Below, piece by piece: positions 37,491 through 50,513 of a DNA stretch of 64,000 nt. The position numbers and the translations under genes are program-made. Under the pieces are notes generated by a model. The model saw only the letters and a list, made by a program, of their open reading frames with translations. It searched no databases and was not told the origin of the DNA. This stretch comes from Octopus sinensis (Eukaryota): contig NC_043022.1 in the NCBI RefSeq assembly GCF_006345805.1, positions 15,872,001 to 15,936,000 of the forward strand, in the 5' to 3' direction. The stretch's first letter is position 1. Every line of letters begins with the position of its first letter.

Positions 37491-37720
37491 CCATTGTTGT
37501 GTATATATATAACCCTAACCCATAGACGCAGGAGTAGCTGTGTGGTAAGTAGCTTGTCTACCAACCACATGGTTCCGGGTTCAGTCCCACTGCGTGGCAC
37601 CTTGGGCAAGTGTCTTCTACTATAGCCTTGCGCCAACCAAAGGCTTGTGAGTGGATTTGGTAGACGGAAACTGAAAGAAGCCCATTGTATATATGTATAT
37701 GTGTCTGTGTTTGTATACAC

Positions 37721-37771
<51 letters not shown>

Positions 37772-38155
37772 TATATACATATATATATACGACGGGCTTC
37801 TTTCAGTTTCCGTCTACCAAATCCACTCACAAGGCTTTGGTCGGCCCAAGGCTATAGTAGAAAACACTTAACCAAGGTGCCATGCAGTGGGACTGAACAC
37901 GGAACCATGTTGTTCGTAAGCAAGCTACTTACCACACAGCCACTCTTATGCCTATATGTATAAATGTTTATATTATATTTTGTGTATATGAATGCGCCTA
38001 TGTATACTGTGGAGTATTCCGATGCTTTGAAATACATTGATTATGAACTCTGACCTTTGAAATTTGTTCTCTCTTTTTTGGTTTTATACTCCTGAGGCTC
38101 AATTAGAACGCTAATTAGCTGTACTGTATAAGGGAATTATTATCTCATTTAGGGA

Positions 38156-38563
38156 GGCGCAATGGCCCAGTGGTTAGGGCAGCGGACTCGCAGTTGTAGG
38201 ATCGCGGTTTCGATCCCCAGACCGGCCGTTGTGAGTGTTTATTGAGCGAAAACACCTAAAGCTCCACGAGGCTCCGGCAGGGGATGGTGATGATCCCTGC
38301 TGTACTCTTTCACCACAACTCTCTCTCTCTCTCTTACTTCCTGTTTCTGTTGTACCTGTATTTCAAAGGGCCGGCCTTGTCACTCTCTGTGTCACGCTGA
38401 ATATCCCTGAGATCTACGTTAAGGGTACATGTGCCCGTGGAGTGCTCAGCCACTTACACATTAATTTCACGAGCAGGCTGTTCCGTTGATTCGGATTAAC
38501 CGGAACCCTCGTCGTCGGAACCGACGGAGTGCTTCCTTCCTTCCAACCGACGGAGTGCTTCCC
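38156..38563 (+). mobile_element. tRNA-derived SINE, family C, full length with 13-bp target-site duplication
   Basis: Same body as 4175 copy; ATTATCTCATTTA at 38139-38151 and 38567-38579; duplicated CCGACGGAGTGCTTCC tail. Confidence 0.85.
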
Positions 38564-38969
38564 AGAATTATCTCATTTATTACGTTTATAGTGCGTGTGT
38601 TTTTTATTGGCTAAACTGGCAAAATGACCATTCCGAAATACAACAATATCTCATTTAGTTCTTCCTTGTATGTGTGTGTGTGTTTATAGTCACAATGAGG
38701 ATATTTAATTTTAATCTTATCTGAGAAACGAAACAATTGTTGGTTAATATTTTGATTAATTAATAAATTAATTTGTATCCATTACATCTCTGTTTTCTAA
38801 CTTATTATGTATGTTTATATATATGTGTGTTTATATGTATGTTTATATATATGTGTTTATATATGTGTGTGTTTATATATATGTGTTTATATGTGTGTGT
38901 GTTTATATATATATATGTGTGTGTTTATATATATATATGTGTGTTTATATATATATATATATATGTTTA

Positions 38970-39368
38970 TCATCATCATCATCATCATCATCGTTTAACG
39001 TCCATTTTCCGCGCTAGCACGGGTTGGACGGTTCGACCAGGGTCTGGGGAGCCAGGGTCTGGGGAGCCAGGGGCTGCACCAGGCTCCAGTCTGATCTGGC
39101 AGTGTTTCTACAGCTGGATGCTCTTCCTAACGCCAACGACTCCGCGAGTATAGTGGGTGCTTTTTACGTGCCACCTGCACAGGTGCCAGAGTGGTCTGGC
39201 ATCGGCCACGATCGGTTGGTGCTTTTTATGTGCCACCGGCACAGAAGCCAGTCGAAGCGGTGCTGGCATCGGCCACGTTCGGATGGTGCTTTTTATGTGT
39301 CACCGGCACAGAAGCCATTCGAGGCGGGGTTGGCATCGGTCATGTTCGGATGGTGCTTTTTATGTGCT
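38970..39368 (-). mobile_element. SINE family D
   Basis: Four subunits plus tail; similar copies at 20975-21275 and 40397-40700. Confidence 0.75.
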
Positions 39369-42204
39369 TTTTATACATATAGTTAATCCAAACAAGAAAG
39401 CACAAAAAAACACAACAACGCGAGGACGTGGAACAAATATAGTATTATTGGACGCTCAGGAAAGAAGGAGGGTTTAACGTTTCGAGCGGAGCTCTTGGTC
39501 AGAAACATAGGAGAAGGAAAGATCCAGAGAAGGGAAGACGGAGGAAAAAAAATCGCCAACGGTACACACGCGGTCACATTTTGAATCATTTTGTTTATAC
39601 ATATGTATGTTTATATATGTGTGTGTTTATATATACATGCCATGCTTGAGAAGAAGACCCATTGAGCCAAGTGAAATCATAGTCATAGCAGACACTGGTA
39701 TCATGCCACTTGCACCTGTGCCAGTGGCACATAGAAGCACCCATTACGCAGAGTGGTTGGTGTTAGGAAGGGCATCCAGCTGTAGAAAACCATGCCAAAT
39801 CAGACTGGAGTCTGGTGCAGCCTTCCAGTGTGCCAGCCCTGGTCAAACCAACCAACCCATGCCAGCATGGACAACAGATGTTAAATGATGATGAAGATGA
39901 TGATGATGGTGATGATGCACACACACACACACTTGCACCAAACGTGTAGGTTATTGGTGTACTTGGACCCAGCCAGTGCACAGGAATAGTTTACCAAAAT
40001 ATATAAAGGTTATTTATTTGTTAAAAGTTTATATAGGATGACATACAACTATATATACACACACACACACACACACACATGCCACAATTTACCCCCCACC
40101 ACCACCACCAGTAATGAGAAATATAGGTCACAATTTAGGAATTCCAAACTGTATAGATATACGCTATTCATTCACACGCGCCCGCGCCCCGCCTGTGTTT
40201 GTCTATCATCATCATCATCATCATTATCATCATTTAATGTGTGTCTTCCATTCTAGCATGGGTGGGACAGTACCACAAAGAGCCAGCCAAGCAGAAGCCA
40301 GCACCAGACTTCTGTGAGAGCTTTGACAGGATTTTTACTGCTGGATGCCCTTCCTACCATGCCAATGCCACACAGCAGAGTGGACTGTATATATATATCA
40401 TCATCATCATCATCGTTTAACATCCGTTTTCTGCGCTAGCATGGGTTGGACGGTTTGACCGGGGTCTGGGAATCCAGGGGATGCACCAGGCTCCAGTCTG
40501 ATCTGGCAGTGTTTCTACAGCTGGGTGCCCTTCCTAATGCCAACCACTCCGCGAGTGTAGTGGGTGCTTTTTACGTGCCCGAGGAGTCTGGCATCGGCCA
40601 CGATCGGTTGGTGCTTTTAACGTGCCACCGGCACGGAAGCCAGCCAAGGAGGCACTGGCATCGGCCTCGTTCGGATGGTGCTTTTTATGTGCCACCGGCA
40701 CAATATAAATATATATATATATATTCCTTTTTATCTTTTTCTTTTTATTCTCTTACTTTTTTCAGTCGTTCAACTGCGGCCATGCTGGTGCACTGCCTTT
40801 ATTCAAACAAATCGACCCCAGGACCTATTCTTTGGAAACCTAGTACTTATTCTATCGGTCTCTTTTACCGAACTAATATCAGTTTTGTTGTACATGCCAA
40901 AGTTCAGCTTGCCTTGGGTGCCAGCAACCCTAGGGCTGGCCCTGCGCGTACCCTTAGCATAGTTCTCGGGGAGATTCAGTGTGACACAGAATGTGACTAG
41001 GTCGGCCCTCCCCTTTGAATTACTGGTACAGCTCATTTGTGCCAGCTGAGTTGACTGGGGCAACATGAAATAAAGTGTCTTGCTCAAGGACACAGCATCC
41101 TGCTAGGAATTGAAACCATAACCTTATAATCCTGAGCTCAATACTCTAACCACTGAGCCACATGCTTTCACGCCCCACTACCATCAACAACATTTCCACT
41201 ACCACCACCACCACTGTCACCAGCGCCACCATCACTATCACCATCAACAACAACAACACATCATCATCATCATCATCACCATAGTCATGAACAACACCAT
41301 GAGCAAGCAAGCAAGGTAGCCTCTATGTAGTCATTTAACTAGCTAGAAATAGCGGCTAAATCTCTCTCAGTGCCCATACTTCCATCTCATACAGAAGAAG
41401 GACACAATGGATGATGTAGTCTTAGATATCTTATGCTTAAATACAGGACAGTCACAACTGTAAGGCCTTTAATCATAAATTTACTCCATGATGACTGCCA
41501 TGAAGCCACAACTTCACCACCACCACCATCACACCTGACCCTAACCACCCCACTCCACTACCAGCCGTTCAGGAATTTGGACCTGGAGATCTCCATTTCC
41601 AGCGACTTCGAGGGCCACCTCCCAGTGGTGTCGGGCATCAACGAAGAGCCCTCGACTACAAGAAGATGACCAAAGTTTTTTTTTCTCCAAGGTCTGGGGT
41701 CTCCTACCCGCTAAGCCCTAGACCATCACCCAACCACCCTTACCCGCTTTGTTGCTTAACAACAACTCCACTACCATCATCATCATCATCATCATCATTA
41801 TCACCAACACCATAACCATCAGCAATTTTATCATTCCGCCTACGACAGAGCTTCTGCAAGGCAGTGTGATCTGCTAAAAATAACAGCTAAATCTGCCTCC
41901 CACCCCACCCCACCACAACCTACGTAGCTTGTCATGTGTCAGGTTGAAACTGTCCAATCATAGGCACAGACTTTGGCCTCCTTGAACCAAATCTTGCAGA
42001 AAACAAATATCAAACAAGTATAAACCAGTTTCTCTTTTCTTAAAGAAATTCATTCTCTAAAGAAACTATTTACCTCCCAATCATGCTGGATGTTCTGAAT
42101 GTTTTAGGCAGAGTACACCTGGAAACATAACCTTTTTGACAGCAACATCTACAGGGACAAACAAGATGGGTTTCACTTTCTTCTTCTTCTTCTTACATAC
42201 ATAG

Positions 42205-42374
42205 GCGCAGGAGTGGCTGTGTGGTAAGTAGCTTGTTTACCAACCACATGGTTCCGGGTTCAGTCCCACTGCGTGGCATCTTGGGCAAGTGTCTTCTGCT
42301 ATAGCCCCGGGCCGACCAAAGCCTTGTGAGTGGATTTGGTAGACGGAAACTGAAAGAAGCCTGTCGTATATATG

Positions 42375-42405
<31 letters not shown>

Positions 42406-43230
42406 GTGTGTGTGTCTGTGTCTGTGTTTGTCCCCCTAGCATTGCTTGACAACCGATGCTGGTGTGTTTACGTCCCCGTCACTTAGCGGTTCGGCAAAAG
42501 AGACCGATAGAATAAGTACTGGGCTTACAAAAGAATAAGTCCCGGGGTCGATTTGCTCGATTAAAGGCGGTGCTCCAGCATGGCCGCAGTCAAATGACTG
42601 AAACAAGTAAAAGAGTAAAAGAAAAGAAAAGAACATAAATAAATGTGCGTGTGTGTGTATTCTTTTACTTGTTTCAGTCATTTGACTGCGGCCATGCTGG
42701 AGCATCACCTTTAGTCGAGCAAATCGACCCCGGACTTATTCTTTGTAAGCCTAGAACTCATTCTATCAGTCTCTCTTGCTGAACAGCTAAGTTATGGGGA
42801 CGTAAACACACAGCATCGGTTGTCAAGCGATGTTGGGGGGACAAACACAGACACGCAAACATATACACACACACACATACGACAGGCTTCTTTCAGTTTC
42901 CGTCTATTAAATCCACTTACATGGCTTTGGTCAGCCTGAGGCTATAGTAGAAGACACTTACCCAAGGTGCCATGCAGTGGGACTGAACCCAGAACCATGT
43001 GGTTGGTAAGCCAGCTTCTTACCACACAGCCACTCTTGTGCCTTACTCTTTTACTTCTTTCAGTCATCTAACTGCGGCCATGCTGGAGCACCGCCTTTTA
43101 GTCGAGCAAATCAACCCCACGACTTATTCTTTGTAAGCCCAGTACTTATTCTATCCGTCTCTTTTGCCGTACCGCAAAGTTATGGGGACGTAAACACACC
43201 AACATTGTTTGTTAAGCAATTGTAGGGGGA
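42205..43230. mobile_element. Cluster of three family A SINEs (+ 42205-42625; - 42661-43042; - 43044-43230)
   Basis: The first two are tail-to-tail and form a ~400-bp imperfect inverted repeat. Confidence 0.85.
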
Positions 43231-43257
43231 TGCTTGAGTTTGTCAAGTGACGGAGGG

Positions 43258-43823
43258 AATGCTTGAGTTTGTTGAAAAGCCTCATAGCGGGGTCTTTCCT
43301 CCTTTCCTTGATGGCTTGGGATATAAATTGGCCCTTTCTCATTTTGTATGAGGAATACCGAATGTCTTCATGCGCTACCTGCCTGATAAGAAACTCAGAC
43401 ACTCCCATGTCCCTGGCAATGGGCCTGATTGACTTTGAGGGGTCATTGTCAATCATGGTCTGGATCTCACCAACAAATTCAGAAGTTCTTTTCTTATCAT
43501 TATTATCAGAGTGAGTTTTCCAAGCTGCTGTACCTTCGTAATCCCCATTAGATTCATCCACCCCTTTCTAAATTCTCTGCACTGTCCTCAAATTGACACC
43601 CAAACACTCTGAAATGTTTGTATTGGAGCTTCCAGCATGCATGCCCAGCAGTACAGCATGTTGTTTCCAAATTTCTGGCAGAGTCAATTGCGTCATGGTG
43701 CTGTTTTTCTCACAGACGGTGCCCAACTGACCCTACTATACTGTGTAGTTGACAAAATTAAAAACTAACAATGCACATATGCAAAATTAGAAACATAAAA
43801 CAACAAGAATTTACCCCACTCTG
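43258..43823 (-). mobile_element. Tc1/mariner-superfamily 5' fragment with transposase N-terminus
   Basis: TA|CAGAGTGGGGTAAATT end; ATG 43696 MTQLTLPEIWKQHAVLLG...LRTVQRI*...DPSKSIRPIARDMGVSEFLIRQVAHEDIRYSSYKMRKGQF (HTH region), one stop. Confidence 0.8.
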
Positions 43824-43959
43824 TATACACACACACACATATAATATACACATATGCGTACATCATCATCATAATTAAATGTCTGCTTTCCTGCTGGCAT
43901 GGGTTGGACAGCTTGACAGGATCTGGATTTAATGCCATATATAGGGTAATCCCTTACCT

Positions 43960-44140
43960 TTTCCATTCCATTCTGTCTGTCTGTCAATCTTTTGTCTGCC
44001 TATTTATCAGTCTGTATGTGTGTGTATTTATCTATCAATCCATCCATCTAACTATCTATTTATCTATCTATCTATCTCTGTCTGTCTATCTATCTACCTA
44101 TCTGTCTATTTGTCTATCTATATCTGTCTGTCTATCTATC

Positions 44141-44198
<58 letters not shown>

Positions 44199-44219
44199 AT
44201 CTATCTATCTATCTGTCTG

Positions 44220-44287
<68 letters not shown>

Positions 44288-44312
44288 CCTATCTATCTAC
44301 CTATCTATATCC

Positions 44313-44376
<64 letters not shown>

Positions 44377-44459
44377 CTGTCTATCTATCTATCTGTCTCT
44401 GTCTGTCTATCTATCTATTTATCTATCTATCTGTCTCTCTCTTTCTCTTTCTCTTTATT

Positions 44460-44493
<34 letters not shown>

Positions 44494-44560
44494 CATTAAT
44501 CCATTTGTCTGTCTATCCATCAGTCTATGTCTGTCTATCTATCTTTCTGTCTGTCTACTC
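43960..44560. repeat. (CTAT)n/(CTGT)n microsatellite
   Basis: Direct reading. Confidence 0.95.
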
Positions 44561-46104
44561 ATTATTATTCTCACATTAAGACATTATGACAACATACTGT
44601 CATAACTTTAAAAAAAATCCCGTTATAACAAATTAAACCTCCTTGTCCTCTATTGCCTTCATTGTCTTTTATAATCTTTCATAACCTCCCTTACTAACAG
44701 CATTTAACCACTCATCCATTATCCTGTTCTATAATGGGTGCATTATGCTGTGGCACCTACACTAGAGGGAATACCTTTCCCTCAGTAAGACTAAAAAATC
44801 ATCTTAAATCTATGTTATCTCCAGTCATTTGCCAGCCATTTTATAGAGAGTGCTGGGCCCATTTTATCAAGGCACCAACATTCAAGAGGTTCCTTTGTCC
44901 CTTGCAAGACCCTCCTCACTCCACAAAAAAACTCTTCTCTATGTTGTCTATGTTCTTTCATGGTCAACATGATTGAGTGTGTGAATAGAAAAGAGGATGA
45001 TAACCAAGAGAGTGAAAGCAGAGGGTATGAGTTCAATTTGTGTAGCGGTACAAAGTAAGGAAGGGCATAAGGGAAGAAAAACAGTGGAGGTTTTTACAGC
45101 CTTCTCATCTACATCATCCCTCTTTTGTCCTCCCCCATCCCTGCTTCCCCCACCACTCTTAACTCTTTCCTGCACCTCTATCTTCCCTAACTCCTACATC
45201 ATTGGTTACCCCCATGCCTTATCCACCACCCCTTATATCCACCCTCCAACCCTACCCTGTTGTTGCTTGCCTCCACTCCCTTCTCCCATCCCCTGCCTCT
45301 ACATTCTTGCAAGTCCACACCCCACCCTCAGCTCGTCTGTCTCATCAGTCTCTGCCTCTTGTCCCCTCCTATCTCGAGGAGTCACCTGTGCATCTCATCA
45401 CCACATTTCATCTCTCTGCAGCTCCCAGGAACCATTCTTTCCCTCTCTTCTACCCATGCAGCTCTTCTACAAGAACTGGCTCTGCAGCACTGGATTCCCT
45501 ATTAATGAAAATAAGCCTGTGCTTAGGGGATCAAGGGAAGAGAGAGAGGGAGGCACCACATAAATGGTAAATGGTTTATGGCACAAAAAAAATCACTTTA
45601 AACTTGCTAAAATAATATTCAAGAAGCCTTAATTTTACTGTGTTATGTAAAATTAATTTTGAGGATTTGATCAGTCTTTGCAATTAAAAAGGCAAGTAGA
45701 AAACTTTTCCAATATAAATAATGAGGAAATCTACAAAAATAAGCAAATGATGACGATGATGACACACACATACATAATGTATGTATATATATATATATTT
45801 AGTCCATCCTTCGGAATTAGTATCTGGAGTATCAGTCATTCACCTTCCTTTTTAGCCTAGCCTCTTCGTGTCATGAGGGAAAGCTGTGTGGGTGGATGAT
45901 GTCATCTACCAATACAAAAGGACAGCCTTACATTTATATCTATGTATGTAAATACACACACACACACACATAAAGGTACAGGTGTGGCTATGAAGTAAGA
46001 AGTTTGCAATCCAGTTACATGATCCACTGCACGTGTCTTCTACAATAGCCTCAGGTCAATGAAAGCCTTACAGGTGCATTTGGTAGACAGAAACTATAAG
46101 AATC

Positions 46105-46408
46105 CTGTCATATCACCGTGACCAACCAGGCTATCAGATGTTGCTACACATCGCTGGTCACAATGCGCTTCGCATTGCTTTAGCCTTCAAATGACGCCAC
46201 CCCGCTGGCTAAGCGAGCAGGCCAACAGAAGAAAGAGTGAGAGAAAGTTGTGGCAAAAGAGTACAGCAGGGATCGCCACCCCACCCCTGCCAGAGCCTCG
46301 TGGAGCTTTTAGGTGTTTTCGCTCAATAAACACTCACAACGCCCGGTCTGGGAATCGAAACAGCGATCCTACGACCACGAGTCTGCTGCCCTAACCACTG
46401 GGCCATTG
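46105..46408 (-). mobile_element. SINE sharing the family C head but with a different 3' body
   Basis: Head and CTCCACGAGGCTC segment as family C; tail GCTGGTCACAATGCGCTTCGCATTG also at 54095-54200 (+). Confidence 0.75.
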
Positions 46409-47114
46409 CTCCTCCATACACACACACACACACACACATACATATATATATATACTTACATATGTATGTATTTGCGTGTCTGTGTTTGACCCCACCACCA
46501 TCATCGCTTGAGAACTGATGTTGATGTGTTTTTCTCCCCGTAACTTAGCAGTTCGGCAAAAAAAATCGATAGAATAAATACTAGGCTTACAAAGGTAAGT
46601 CCTAGAGTCAATTTGTTCGACTAAAGGCGGCGCTCCAGTATGGCCGCAGTCAAATGACTGAAACAAGTAAAAGAATAGAAGATTAAATAAATATATATAT
46701 ATATATCCCCGTCACTTAGCGGTTTGGCCAAAGAGACCGATAAAATAAGTACTGGGCTTACAAAGAATAAGTCCCGGGGTTGATTTGCTCGACTAAAAGG
46801 CGATGCTCCAGTATGGCCGCAGTCAAATGACTGAAACAAGTAAAAGTGTATATTCAGATATATTTTACGAAAAATAATTACGCCCCAGTAACTTAGCGGT
46901 TCGGCAAAAGAGAGACCGAGGAAGAACAAGTACCAGGTTTTTAAAAAAATATATAAGTACTGCGATTTGTTCGCCCAAACCGTTCAAGGTGTTGCCCCAG
47001 CTTGGCCGCAGTCCAATGAGCGAAACCAGTAAGCGATACAAGATACATATGCTGCAAAATATATACGCCTTAAAAAGCAGCAGACCCCTTATATATAAAT
47101 ATATATATGTGTGT

Positions 47115-47162
<48 letters not shown>

Positions 47163-47226
47163 TATATACACATACACATACGCATACATGAAGAGGAAGC
47201 AAGCACTCCTGACACAGATCCTCGCG

Positions 47227-47268
47227 GTTGCTATACAGTGCATAGCAACGGTGGAACTGGTGACGTCA
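47227..47268. promoter_or_regulatory. Candidate cis-element cluster: inverted RFX half-sites plus CRE palindrome
   Basis: GTTGCTAT-N7-ATAGCAAC (47227-47249) and TGACGTCA (47261-47268) in a CpG-containing unique patch. Confidence 0.35.
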
Positions 47269-47456
47269 TTTCCTTTCCCCGTGTGTATCTTTCTTCTTCT
47301 CTCTTTCCTTCCTCCCTTCCCTCCCCCCCGTCTCTACCCCCTCACCGGTTATATTTTTCCTCTCTTTTTCGTCAGCAAAGAGTCGCCATACATTAAAGTA
47401 TAGCATATTGTGAAATGCTGAATTTCATTGTTTGACTAACACACGCACACAGACGC

Positions 47457-47487
<31 letters not shown>

Positions 47488-47751
47488 CATATTTATATAT
47501 ATATATATAAATATGTATGTATATATATATATATGTGTGTATGCGTATATGTTAGCTGAAAAAAAGAAGCTATGTGAGTAATTTAAGGTCCCAGAGTTTC
47601 GTGCAAAAGCGCGCCACAAAACTAGGTCCTCCATTCAACCATGTAGCTTTACAGCTAATAAATTAAATATGCTCTACTTCAGGTATTGAGTTCTTTTTCC
47701 TCTACTCTTCAACCCCCCTCCCACCATCCTCACCTACATGTGTGTCCATGT

Positions 47752-47786
<35 letters not shown>

Positions 47787-47985
47787 CATACATACTCATC
47801 ATTAAATATACACACACACACACATACATGCATCTCGAGAACTGTGGCCACGCTGGGGCACTGCCATAGGTTTTGCTAAGATAAGGTCTTTTTAAAAAAA
47901 GCCAAATACAAAATAGAGAGAACACATCAAAATCCAGTGCCAGACAAAGAGGTTTCAATCCCACATCCATGCTACCACCACCACC

Positions 47986-48021
<36 letters not shown>

Positions 48022-49279
48022 GCTGCTGTTACCGTTATTATTACTATAGTTCGCCTGTCACTAGTATTGCTGCTACTGCTACTACTGCCATGGCTGACCT
48101 CTTCCTCCTACTGCTACTATTACTACTAGTACTACTTGGGCACCCCCCTCCTCCACCATTGCCCTCCCGCGATCTATGCTACTACTACTACTACTACTAC
48201 GACTATGACTACTGCTATTACAGCTGTCACTGCTGCTCTCCTTGCTACTACTACTACTAACGCCACTACTCCACCGAAGTTGTGGTAAAAATAAGGAACA
48301 TATACATAGAGAGAGAGAGAGTGAAGAGGGGGGAGTGAGAGAGAGAGAAGGGAAGAGAATACCAGATAGAGTGAAGAGGAGACGGAGAGAGAGAAGGGAA
48401 GAGAATACCAGATAGAGTGAAGAGAAGAGAGAGAGAGACGGAGAAAAGTGAGAGAGAAAGGGTAAGGGTGATAGAGTGTAACGATAGACTAAGGGATATA
48501 GAGTGTAAGAGAAAGCATGAAAGAGCGTAAGGGAGATGAAAAGTCAGATATAGAGCGAAGGAGAGAAGAGAGAATGAGAAAAATAAAGATAGAGATAGAG
48601 AGAAGAGCAGAGAGGATAGAGTAAGAAGGAGAGAAGAAAAACACAAGGGTGAAAAAAGAATTTCGTGGCGGTAGAGGTGATCTGTCCCAGCGCAATTTCA
48701 GGCCAATTCCTTCTACGTACCTATGTTATATCAGTCAACTGTGGGAAGTGTATTTTTAGGGTACCCAGCTTCGTGATCTTATTACACCCGAGAAAGCGCC
48801 TTTTAGTACTAAATAAAAGTCTTTTCTTCTCTCTTCACCAGTGCAGATGGTGAGAAGAATCTTCGGTACATTGTCCAGAGCAAATAAATATTCGTTCGTG
48901 CTGCACTGTGACTAGTATAACGGGCAGACAGCTTGCTTATACATACAATGCATGCATGCAGACATACGTACATAGTGCACCTGGGCATTGCATACAATAA
49001 GCTAATTGTAGTATATTCGTAGATTCAGGTCGATAAATTAAGTACTGGGATCGATATGTGATGGGCTAAAAAGCAGTTGAAGGTCGTACTCCAGTCTGGT
49101 CGCAGTCCAATGACTTCAGCCAATAAAAAGGAGAGACCTTGGTGGAGTTCTTTGATGTTTTACGAATGATAATTAGAGACAGAAGAGAGATATTAAATAT
49201 TAAATATTTACTGGGCAATAAATGTACTGACACGTTACTTTTTTTTAAACATTTATTATAGACATGGGGCGGCGAGTGG

Positions 49280-49735
49280 TAGAAGAGTGAATAAGTCGGA
49301 CCAAATGCGTAACATGTCGTCCGTCTTTATGATCTGAGTTCAAATTCCACCGCGGTCAACATCCTTTCCAGTTCGATAAAGTACCAGTTGCGTACTGGTG
49401 TCGATCAAATCGACTGGTCCCCTTCCCCAAAAATTTCGGGCCTTGTGCCTAGAGTATAAAAGGATAAAGTACCAGTTGCGTACTGGGTCGATCTAATCGA
49501 CTGGGCCCCCCCCCCCTTCCCTAAAAATTTCGGGGCTTGTGCCTAGAGTATAAAAGGATAAAGTACCCGCTGCGTACTGGGGTCGATCTAATCGACTGGT
49601 TCCCTCCCCCCAAATTTCGGGTCTTGTGCCTAGAGTAGAAAAGGATAAAGTACCCGTTGAGTACTGCAGTTGATGTTGTCGACTTACCCCCCCCCCCTCC
49701 GGAATTTGCTGGCCTCGTGCTAAAATTTGAATGTT
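49280..49735 (+). repeat. Family B SINE followed by four tandem ~88-bp copies of its 3' segment
   Basis: GATAAAGTACC at 49375, 49463, 49557, 49644. Confidence 0.85.
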
Positions 49736-50063
49736 TTATTTTTACATAAATATCGTTTATCTATATCCTTAATTTCTTTTTTTACTTGTTTCAAGTCATT
49801 GGACTGCGGCCATGCTGAAGCACCGCCTTGAAGGTCTCCTTTCTGGTCACTACACTTATTTTTGTAAACCTGGTGCTCATTCGATCTTGGTTCTCTATTC
49901 GCCGAACCGCTAGGTCACCTGCACCGGTTGGCACACACACACACACACACATACGTACATACATATAGGTTTGGCGATGCAAAGTTTGATAAAGACTAAC
50001 GCACGAATCTCTTGACCCTTCGGTCACTCTGTTGCTTCTGCTAAAATATTAATAGTATATATA

Positions 50064-50099
<36 letters not shown>

Positions 50100-50101
<2 letters not shown>

Positions 50102-50513
50102 ATCATTTCGGTTTGAACGGCAGTTTTTTAAAATAATTTCCACGTAACTAAACACTTTTAAACTTCGTATACTGGTAGAATGTGTTTATAAAACATCTTT
50201 TTCTCTTGGCTTTATTGAGAAAATTCTATAGTTTGGAAGATATTTGTTGTTTTTTTGTCTTCAATTTCTGCAATTTCAACCAATCAATGACCGTCTATTG
50301 AGGTAAAAAAATATTCTGTGCCGTATGAATATGTCCCTCGTTTAAGAAACAGATTGGGTTTATTTACATTTGTGAAGAAAAAAAGATACCCTTCCCCCGA
50401 CCCTAACCCTAAAACAGATTGAAATGCAATAGATCGATACTAGGGTCATGATTATGGGTGACAATTTCATATGACACTGCTCGAAAAAACTGCCGTTCAA
50501 ACCGAAAAGATCC
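50100..50513. mobile_element. MITE with 30-bp TIRs inserted in a (TA)n tract
   Basis: GGATCATTTCGGTTTGAACGGCAGTTTTTT vs reverse-complement GGATCTTTTCGGTTTGAACGGCAGTTTTTT; second copy 53220-53610, partial copies 9675-9813 and 9970-10113. Confidence 0.85.

Noticed and set aside
43904-44605. 233-aa hydrophobic YLSI-repeat ORF
   Set aside because: Translation of (CTAT)n microsatellite.
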